Source: Marsupella aquatica (Eukaryota > Plantae > Marchantiophyta). From it: a stretch of DNA of 64,000 bases. The stretch is from contig OZ316895.1 of the NCBI GenBank assembly GCA_973895155.1, positions 18,710,408-18,774,407 of the forward strand, in the 5' to 3' direction. The translations under genes and the position numbers were made by a program. Within the stretch, counting starts at the first letter, position 1, and each line of letters opens with the position of its first letter. Below are positions 1-10,066 of this stretch, one piece after another. Under the pieces are notes generated by a model. The model worked only from the letters and a program-made list of their open reading frames with translations, was not told the DNA's origin and did no database searches.

Positions 1-97
1 AGTTATTTGTATTGCACCAAATTTTATGGATGTTTTGGTTGGGCTGGAACTCCCACATGTTCCAAGTAGGCGGTAGACGTTCTTTTCCTTGAAAGGG

Positions 98-1345
98 GGT
101 TTTTATAAAATAAAATAAGCCACAAAAACCCCACGGCGGGGGGGGGGGAAGCAAACAGGGAATGTTCCATCACAGATAGAATACAATACACATCCCGGCA
201 GGGGTGGTTGTCAAAATCTATGGTCCCATAGAACCGCCTCATCAATCCTATATACAGTGCCATTCCAAGCATAAGGAGCAATCTCCCTGATGCTCAGTCT
301 CCCTTGTGCTATTACCAGCATAATCTCCTGAACTTTGTTCTAAGCCTGGTCCCTATGTCTCTGAAAGTGAACAATCCTAAAGTCATTTCTATAGTTTAAT
401 CTCAGCAGTTCAGCGTTCAGCCAATCCCTTGCTCTTTGCAGTCTGTCATACTTCCTACCCTGAGGGTAACGTCTGCTGACAGCAAACAGGTTGGAAACAG
501 TTTCTGAAAGCACAAGCTAGTTTAAAATCAAAAGCACGCTTATTTAGTTTTTTGAAAACCTGTTCATTCCGTGCTAGCCAGAGAGCCCACAATAGCTGAT
601 ATGTGAGAAATAGTGTGGGTATGTGCTCGTCCGACGGAAGCCTCCAATAGATCCAGAAGACCGTGTCCATAACTAAACAAAAAGCCCTGATCCACTTCAA
701 GCCCAAAACTCCAACATGTGGACGCAAATGGACAATGAAAGAAAAGGTGGGGGATCGTCTCCAGGTGTTCCAAGCAAAAAGAGCAGATCCCTGGGTCCGC
801 CCCGATGGTAAGAGCTCGAGAGCCCATGAAGAGACCTCCCACAATTATTCTCCAGATGAAAGTTTTAGCCCTTGTAAAAAGATCAGATCGCCATAGATTT
901 GCCCAGCATTTCATCCATTGTGTCTCCGTGTACTCTGAGCCCCATATCCTATTCCATCTCTGATAATCAGCCCCTTTTGGCCTCAGCATCTGGTAAATGC
1001 AATGATTGGGTATTTTAAAATACGTCGAAGACCTCTGATCATCAGCCCAACGCCACATTCTTGCACCTGGTTTGTATCCCCAGTCACAGTTGGCTTGGTC
1101 CCGTATCTTTTGAAGAAAGAGCCTGTTGCGGTCCCGGCAAGCCAGGTCAAACCCACGTAGTCTGTGCCACCTTTCTGTTAAAGATCTCTAGGAGTGGGTT
1201 GCCTCATCCCACAGGTCCATAATAGCCTTAATTCCAAGCTTCCCAAGTAGCTTCGTAGTAATTTCCATATGGACGTTTGCTTGATTTAGGTATGGTGCTT
1301 TCTGAGACAGCGGAGAGCCTGTATGCGGTAAGCAGATGCTTGCCC
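98..1345 (-). mobile_element. L1-clade LINE 3' fragment (zf-RVT region of ORF2 + 3' UTR), degenerate
   Basis: ORFs 564..1058 and 455..844 (KTFIWRII..GL...CSFC..HLETIPHLFFHC; LWALWLARNEQVF) parallel the C-terminus of ORF 44075..45793. The 3'-terminal motif at 127-150 is shared with the L1 end at 43735. Boundaries approximate. Confidence 0.8.
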
Positions 1346-1720
1346 CCTGGTAGGGAAAACACCCGTTTGCTCAGGGCTAAAGATAGGATGGATGGCCTGT
1401 GTAGATTATGGCTCAGCTGTGGTGGGGGTTGTATTTTCTCAGGGGATTGACCCCGTCTGCACTTACTAGCTTCTTGCTTAGGGCCCTCCTCACATTTTCC
1501 ACACTGGGGGATTTGGGCCATTTTTGGGGCTTTGGGTACTTTGATCTTGCGGTGGCGCACCCCTTGGAGGAATCCTTTGCTCTCTCCTGGTCTAGGAGGG
1601 ACTGGTGTGGCTGGGGGGCTGCTTTCTCTGTCCCCTTGGGTGTGTGTTCGTGTTTGCCATGTGGCTTGTTTTCCCCGTCCGTGGGGTTTTTTGCGGGCTT
1701 AAAAAACATTTATAAAAAAT
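1346..1720 (+). mobile_element. L1-clade LINE 3' UTR fragment, opposite orientation
   Basis: Ends TTCCCCGTCCGTGGGGTT..GCGG followed by an A-rich tail, matching the reverse complement of the L1 3' end at 43692-43750. Confidence 0.65.
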
Positions 1721-2047
1721 CAATTTCAAGGAAAAGGATTAAGAGAAACAAGCGTACTGAAATTGAATCAAAAATCGGCGGGATGCCAAGATCGGCCGGG
1801 AGCATCTAACAAATCATTGTGTGAATCCCGTGTACGGAACCGACGAGCACTATCTAAGCTCTGTCAACATCGATTCAAGAAGAACTGAAAACCAATAACG
1901 AAAGACATGCCCTAAGTAAACAAAGTCCCGGCGTCACACTAACAAGCGTGTTTGCTTCAAGAATGCCTGGAATTTGCTATAAGAACATGTTGCTAACTCA
2001 AGTAGTACACTAGCCCTAACTACATACCTAGCGGGCATGCAAGGAAC

Positions 2048-3143
2048 ATGCCGATGTGCATAAGAGGCACTGTCCCTCGGCATGACATATGTCATCTAGT
2101 GGATGAGGTAGCCATTATTGGTCCAATGCATGCGCGGTGGATATATTGGGTAGAGCAATTTATGAAAGTGCTCAAGTCTTGGGTGCACCAACCCGCTCGA
2201 CCAAAGGGAAGTATGGCAACAGGGTATATTATGTCGGAGTGCCTATTCTACTCAAGCAAAGTGATAGGGAGTTTGGACACACAGGCTCCCACAGCTTGGG
2301 AAGAGGCACAAGATGATGACAATGGTGGGTTGCGAGTGATGGGCGCGTCAAAGAAGTGATCATTACATGGAGACATTTTTGTCGATAGATCCACAGTTAT
2401 GTGCTGGAAAACCACACCGAGATGTCAAATTGGAGAGAGTTGTATAGGTAGGGACGTAATCCTTCATGTTGAGTCCTACTAAGATTTAAAAAATTAATGT
2501 ACATTCAGGGTTGTAGGCACAAATTAAGGTCTTATGTATTTGTGACCCCGTACTTGCAGGGCATGGGTGGAGCAGCAGCTGATAGGGGCAACACGAGAGC
2601 GTGTTCATGCATCATTTTTCATATGGGCATTGGAGCACATGGAGGGGCTCCTTGCAGTGCATGGCCCTACATTCATTCCATTGATGTACAAAACATCATT
2701 AGGGGGCCTTTGATGTGGGCTATGACTCATACTCACATGTATGAGTCAGGGCACCACTTTCGGACTTGGAGGACAGACCATATGAAGAAGAGTACTTGTA
2801 ACTCTTGAGTATATATGGTGACCAATGTAGGTGATGCTGGCCTTATTGTGGCATTGTCTTGGATATTTTGGATGTTAATTTTGGCTCGTTTACCACCACA
2901 GTGTTAGAGGTGAGGTGGCACAAGTCCATCATGTCACCTCCAGCAAGAGCTACCATGGTGAAGGATGAGTGTGGATTTTATCGTGTGGACTGAGTTTAGT
3001 GACACTATAGTTTTTCCTAGCCAAGTGGATCAATGCATTATGGTTCCAATGCACACCATGGGAGGATGGTCCATTGTGATTCCCATCTTTCCACGTCGTA
3101 GGAAGGACTTCATGCCATCAGCTATTGAAGACAATGAGGATTG
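2048..3143 (+). mobile_element. CACTA/En-Spm transposase C-terminal relic (DUF4218/DUF4216-like), pseudogenised
   Basis: HLVDEVAIIGPMHARWIYWVEQFMKVLKSWVHQPARPKGSMATGY matches the CACTA HL..E...GP...RWMY..ER.M..LK..V.N.ARPEGS...GY motif. Downstream ILDVNFG..VLEVRW..KDECGFYRV..VFPSQVDQC resembles DUF4216. Contains stops and frameshifts. Confidence 0.8.
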
Positions 3144-3727
3144 ACATGATAGACTCACTATCCACATTTGTATTGACTGTTGTCACAGTTTGCATATAAA
3201 CAGACATATTTCATGGCCTAGGCAACTGTCAATTTGGAGAGTGGGATGGGCTTGTTAATCACGTGGTAAAGAAACAAGTAACAACCATACGTTTATGCAC
3301 ATGATCCCTCGGCCTTCTACTACAAGGGATACCGGTCATTAACATTGTCCTTCCAATTTTACGTCGCTGAACAATTGTGTCTAACATCGTTTATAGCTAC
3401 GCACATTCAACATAACACTCTGCAACGTCATGTACTGAACCATTAGCCAATGTTATAACTCCTTTGACGTTATTCTATACTATGTAACCCAGTCAATGTC
3501 GTACTTTAATGATGTATGGCGCGACAAAAGTTGGTTACCACAAGTAGAACGGCATTAATAATTTAGATACGATGTTTCAAACAACGTAACAAATTCGCTT
3601 TGACATTAATCACAGGAAAAAGATGCAACATTCAAACCACACAATTGTTGCAACAAATAACATTCATGGATGTGTTTATTGCTGCACATAGACCAAATAG
3701 AGATACACAATAGCTCTACCATCCTTT

Positions 3728-4450
3728 CTACTGCAAATATAGCCTACATGAGTACGTCATGGTCATCCCTCTACAACCTCCCTCCAGACTGATGTTGATT
3801 AAGGAGTCCCTTCTCCAAACCAGTAGTACTCCTCGTCCGCTTTCCTCTTGTTGTACGAAGCACGCCTTTGGCTGGCATTCCAATTCTCCGGACAACAACT
3901 TCACCGGCCTATAGCCTTTGAGCCTCCACCTTGGCTGCACAACTTTCCTTGTAATCAAACATAGCAATCTGAAGTTTAGTGGGTGACAACTCACATTTAG
4001 ACAAGGTGGGAGGGTAGGCCTCACCATCATCGTCCTCGGGCAAATCTTCCAGACCACGATCACTGCTCGGATGCAACAAGAACTCTCTTGGGTCCAAGTG
4101 CTTGTTGGCAATAATGGACCACTCTACCCACCGAGTAGAGATGAAATGCACGGTTTCAGCAAAAAGCCAGAATAGTCACTGAAATGCTCCACAACCTGTT
4201 TCCACGGATTTGCAATCAAGAAATTGGTCTGTGAGGTACATAGCTTGTCAACAAGCCCTCCATGGCAAAAGAACCCTTGAACCATCTTCTCCTCCTCACC
4301 AAGTGGGAGAAAACAACAATGCACATTTGCAAAGAACTTCTGCACCATAGTTGAACACTTTGCCTCCCACGGTTCAACTTCTCTACACTGAGGACCTTGG
4401 ATGTCTTCACTCGGAAATGCTGGCTATAGGGAGCCTCCCGCCTATAGTTC
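3728..4450 (-). other. Degenerate coding-like fragments of unknown identity (possibly terminal exon(s) of the ParB-MTase gene)
   Basis: Overlapping minus-strand ORFs 4124..4348 and 3909..4151 lie downstream of the 4933 splice donor. No recognisable domain. Confidence 0.25.
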
Positions 4451-4933
4451 AGTCTATCCCCAGCTAATCTGTGGACTTAACATCGTCTCTCCCGATAAAC
4501 TTAAGAACGTTGTCCTATACTACGTTATTAATTATGTTGTATGGGGCCAGATAAGTTACCATGTCTAGTAAGATGTAATATGAGGTACATTGTACAATGC
4601 AAGGTTAATTACTATGCATTCAATGACATAGATTTAACGTCATAGAAAGCAATGTTATCTGCTCCCGTTGGATCTTCGGATGACATCCGACTACCATCCA
4701 AAGATTAACAACATCTAGTCCAACGTTAATCCAAGGAACATAATTTTGGGTTAGATTAAACCTGGTCCCAACATGCAAAAATGTAGTTGTGATATGTCCA
4801 ACCTGAGGGTAAATACCTGCACGCATTGCGATCCAAATTGTAAATTTATCCACCGATAATGTCTTGATGACTACAGGAAACACAAAAGTAGCCCCAGGCG
4901 CTAACAAAAAAGAAGTGACAAAATAATATGTAC

Positions 4934-7900
4934 CTGGATATCAGTCTTTGATCTGTACATGGGCACTAACGTTACAACATTGTGAGAATTGACACAATGG
5001 AACTTTTTTAACTGTTGGCATGCTGCAATGACCTACAAAACCCGGTCGTGGTCATCTAAATACAAGATTGCAAGCATGCCATCATTAGAAAGGAAAGGGT
5101 CCATTGCGCAAAAAAATGCACTAGGAACTGTGTGGTCTAGTACATTCCACTTTGGAACCTGACGGTCCATGAGCATAGGTTTTAGTCCAGTAGGAAGATA
5201 AATGAATCCCGCGTTGACTCCAAATGATCTTTCCTTTCCTCCTTTGATGACTCCTTTTTCTCAGGAACCCGACTTGATTAAGTCCTTTCTCCACTTCTCA
5301 GCATCTGTCACCCACTCTGGTTTCTCTTCTTTGTTGAAAGCACTTTCAATAAATTCTTGTATGCTTGTTTCCACCATGCAATGCCTAAGTGAAGATTTAC
5401 TCTTGAAGTTTCCCACATCTCTCTGGAGACCGGTTCTAGCAGCATTATCCCGGGAAGATTCTCCTACTTGAATGGCCCTTTTCTTCTTCTTCTTTGTACT
5501 TGTTGCATCTAGAGGACAATCTCTTTTGCTTTCTCCACGGGAGTGACAAGGTCTGATTGGGGGTTTCAATAAAGTCTTTTCTATGTTCTATCCCGAGTAC
5601 AAACCGCCCGGAGAAATCTCCTGCAATGAAGGAGCTACCCGCCCCAGCGGTCCAATCCATAAAAGTATCACGAGGTCGGGTGACAAGCTCGATGATAGAT
5701 TGCATAAACCCAACAAACAGACAAGCATTTCCAGCAAACTCCATTTGTGGGAATGGATCGGATTTGAGAGAAGGGAGTCCAATCAAATTGGTGATCAAGG
5801 GGTCTTCACTGATGAAGAGTGGACGGAATTTAGGGTCTTTGGGACTTTTACATTTTCCATTAATTTGACCAAATATGTCCAACCTAAGGGTAAACATCTG
5901 CGGAAAACAATCCAAAGTGTCAGTTGGCAACTCTAGGTTACACGATAGATAACTCAAAACAGGAAAGAGTAAAGAATAGATAATTACCTGACGGTCTATC
6001 TTTGCCGCATACATGGGGACAGACATTACAACATTATGCGTGCATATACATTGGAATCTTCTCGACTCCTGACAGGCAACAATGACTTGAGACATGGGAT
6101 CGTACTCCCCATTGTGTAGAATTGCAAGGAACCCATCATCTGATAAAAATGGATCCATGGATTTGAAAAAAGTTCTAGCCATGGAGTGATCTGGAATGTT
6201 CCATTTAGGAACCTTCTTATCAAGGATTGTTGGTTTGAACCCAGTTGAAAGGTAAATGAAGCCCACATCCACTCCAAACGATCTTTCTTTTCCACCCCTC
6301 ACAACACCCTTCTCTTTTTTTCCCGACTTAACGAGATCCTTCCCCCACTTCTCCACATTACTAACCCATTCAGGTTTTTCCTCCTTGTTGAAAGTTGAGT
6401 CAAAGAATTCAAATAGCCTTGACTCAACCATACAATGCCAAGACATTGTACTCTTGAAGTTTCCAACTTCACGTTGGAGACCAGTTTCTGCAACACTCTC
6501 CCTTGAAGAAGGTCCACCTTCGATAACTCTCTTTTGTTTCTTCCTGGTACTTGTGGCGTCGACTGGAACTATTACCTTCCCTTTGTCGATAGGAGTAATG
6601 GGGTCCGATCGAGCTCCCGTGTTTGCTTCAAAAACTTCAGATGTAGCATCCACTTTAGTATCTCCTATTCCCGCAGTATTAGACTTCCTCCCTCCTAAAT
6701 CAATAGTACAAGGTCATACTTGGAAGATGTAATTCCTGAGTATTGAAACACAGTAGCGCTAGGCGCTAACCAAATAAAAATCACTAAGTGCACTAGAATC
6801 GCACCAGAATCAAGAAAGAAATCTTAATTTGCAAGATAGTTTTAGCCAGCGCCAAGCGCTGGCCAAATTATGGAAACAAATACTCACTTTTCCTCCCAGA
6901 TTTAGTTGACTCGCTTGGTGCTGCTAACTTTGCTTTTGCTTTCGCTCGAGGTTTGCGACTGCGGTCTACATGAACAGTAGTTGTTTCACAGATACTTTGC
7001 AAGTCTGTGGCAGACTTGTCCACATTGTCTAGCAGGCCCTGCTTCATGTCGAACACAATTTTTGCTGGAATGTGGGACTTTGAAAGCTTATGGAATGCAT
7101 CCTTCTCCCTTTGATCAAAAGGCGAATCCCATCTATCTGTATGTAGATGTACCATGGGCAGTGAGTTCTCTCCCATTCTTTCATAGGTCTCGGAGGAAAT
7201 ATGCCCTCCGATGGGTACATGGAATACAAATCAGCTATGGCATCATCCTCATTTATTGTAATCCACTTCATGAAAGCTGCAGGATATGCCCAGAAGTAAT
7301 CACGTTTGGTTACCTCCATGTGCATGTAGAACCTATACAGATACCTTTTAGCCCGCTTCTGGTTTTTCTAGGTGTAGTCTTCTTTGTCTAGATACTTTGA
7401 AAGCCACATAGTGTGAAAGAACTTACTCTTCACAGAATCACCATATCTCTTGAACTCATTTGTAACAAAATGAACGAGATCATCAAACAAACCACAATTC
7501 CACTCTTCTAATCGAGTTGCGGGCATGGTTTGCTCTACTTCACGCAGACACAAATGTAACATGCCGACAACAATTCCCTCCACACTATTCCAAGTGATCC
7601 AAGTGTGACACCATTGTTTCACTAGGTTGTCATTAACACTTGCTGGGTGGAAAAATTGCCTCCGAAGCTCAGGATTGCAATGTGCCACAAGTAGGGTGCT
7701 CCATAACTTTGGGTCTAGTGCAAAAACCGCAGTGAACAATCGGGCGTGGTCCATTGTACATACGACGGTGTCGGGCTTCTTCTCTCTCTTGTTTCTCTCT
7801 ATGACAACATACATTTATGCACATGTACTAAGGAAATCTTCAAATTCAGGACTTAACAAGGGCGTAATTTTGGAAGACTTCACAACCGAGTCTTTGGTTG

Positions 7901-9101
7901 CGTCCTTCATCATTATTGCATGCCATTTGGAAATCTTGTCCACCGACCAGGGGCTCCCTTGAGCCTTGGCTGCATCCATGTCAAGCTTGAATTGGTGCGA
8001 ATAGGACTTTATCTTATTCTCACATAGAATGTAAACAAGAGCTTCTTGTGGCATCTTCTTCGTATACCATGATCCCTTCCGAGTCTTCAGCCAAATGCTC
8101 TCAAACTTCTTGAAATTAGCTGGGTCAATCAGTTTACTGTAATACTCAAGGTCATGCGCCAAAATTCTTTTGATTCTATCTGCATCTAGGATCCAGGAGG
8201 GCTCAACAACGGCTTGGCCAAGCCTACAAGAATAAACGCAGTTAGTTAGAGTCAAAGTACAATTGATCTATAACCAGCGCCGGGCGCTCTTAAATCAAAC
8301 ACTCCTAAGATTCAAGGAAGGAACCGAAAAGTTACGAGAACTTATTGATTGACGGTGTGCATAGCTACCTCAATTTCAATAAGAGATCCCTTGTCTCCCT
8401 TAAAAATTGCGCAGAGCACATGAGGATGGTATTTTGGATTGTCGAGGTTCTCCTTGGTAACAAGCGTCCATGAGTACAGATTGTGATTTCCATCAAAGAC
8501 AGAGAACATCTTATCCTTCAACACGAGAAAATTTGGGTCGGCCTCACATTCAACCTCAAACTTCTCATTCTCCAATTGCCAGATTGGATCCCATGTATCA
8601 CAAACTCCTGGGTACAGGCCAGAAGAATTTTGTTCTCGTCCGTTGGTTGCACATAGAAATGCATTCCTATGGATGAATTGTAAGTAACCCATACTACAAA
8701 ACGAGTCTTTGAGCTTCTCAATGGAAGAGTTGTCTTTCTGCAAAGTACAAACCACCTCCATGTGAACCAATCAACATAGAGGGATTCGAGGCGGCTCCTT
8801 GTCAAATCCACGAGAATCCTTCCCAAAAGATATGACACGCTTGGAGATGAGATCAGTCTCCGCGAGCGCGCAATCTGCAACATCTTGGATCGCAAATGTG
8901 TCAAGGTTCTCCATCTTTCTGCGCAAAGGTTTTTGGAACCAAAACACCGCTAACAGAAGTAGGAGGCAACAACTTTGTGGAACGAGTTACACGACGTGTA
9001 TAAATTGAACCAGTAAACAAAGACTGCAAGGATTCAAAATAAGCTTGCTCCTGATCAAGAACTGCACTATACCCTTTGGCCGAAGAGGGGAATACCTCCA
9101 T
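4934..9101 (-). pseudogene. Spliced gene: ParB/Srx-like N-terminal domain + duplicated beta-class N4C/N6A DNA methyltransferase-like fold; disrupted
   Basis: ATG at 9101. KMFSVFDGNHNLYSW (8468-8512) resembles the ParB DGxHR motif. IIELVTRPRDTFMDWTAGAGSSFIAGDFSGRFVLGIE (about 5595-5700) resembles the N6_N4_Mtase motif X/I. FLSDDG resembles motif VI. Probable introns: 8224-8345 (donor mutated), 6736-6887, and donors at 5987 and 4933. Several stops and frameshifts; the 3' end is uncertain. Confidence 0.7.
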
Positions 9102-9573
9102 CGTCTTCCTTCCAAAAATGTACAAACTATCGTACAATGAAATTATGAAACTCTAATCCTTCTTGAACGTGTATTATATTCTAGAAGGAGGGGGTAGTTC
9201 AGCAAAACTTTTCGATTAAAGCGGCAATCTTGTACGTTTGGCGGATTCCAACGTATGTAAATGGAGGACTCAATTATCTAAATCAAGCAGAAGTTCTAAT
9301 ACACACGGAACTCAGAAGTTACCGTTAAATATTACCGTTACAACCCTTCTCCACACTCATTGGGAATACTAGCATTGGGCGCTATTATAAACATAGAACC
9401 TTCAGAGAGATAAATGGAAGGATAGTCATGACAACGCTCGGGACTAGTAATAATAATGGCAATAAAATAGGTCTGAAATCGTGCCTACAGTACATAATTA
9501 TCGTCTTAAGAACCCATATTTTAGGAAATTTCTGTTGTTTTAATTGTTTTTTGAAAACATATCTTCCACTCTA

Positions 9574-9594
9574 TACTAGCGCCCGGCGCTAGTA
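9574..9594. repeat. Palindrome TACTAGCGCC-C-GGCGCTAGTA
   Basis: Perfect 10-bp arms. Family copies at 4889, 6754, 6845, 8276, 9370, 9709, 9775 and 52584. Confidence 0.9.
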
Positions 9595-9708
9595 AAAACA
9601 TGCATTGTTCATCCCTAATTCTGGCAGGTTTCCCATTTTTAGAGAGCGTTATAAGGCAATTACCTCATACTATTTCTGGTTTTCAAGTATATCTGGAGAG
9701 TGAATTCT

Positions 9709-9731
9709 ATACTAGCGCCTGGCGCTAGTAT
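9709..9731. repeat. Palindrome ATACTAGCGCC-T-GGCGCTAGTAT
   Basis: Perfect 11-bp arms; same family as 9574. Confidence 0.9.
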
Positions 9732-10066
9732 GGTATATCAAGATTTGGGACACATTATTTTTTTCGTATTTAGTTGGCGCCTGGCGCTACTCAAATTGTT
9801 CCGAATATGGAATATTTTAGGGTCAATTAGAGCTTTTTGTGGTGTCCTTTTTGAGAGTATATTTGGGTCTGACATCCGGACTTATTGGGGAAAAATGACA
9901 AAATTCATTTATGGCGCCAACAAATCCTATGTCGTCTACGTTTCTTGTCTTATCCAAACGGCTCTGTTAACGTAAAGTTAACAGGTGCGATTGATATAAG
10001 CTCCACATTCCCACAGACTTTTCTTCCTCAAAACATTACAGCCCCCATTATTTGTTTTTGATTGTA

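Noticed and set aside
2048-9101. ParB-MTase gene as cargo of the adjacent CACTA relic
   Set aside because: Not excluded, but no CACTA termini were seen, and the palindrome family ties the gene to the GCM/SWIM transposase instead.
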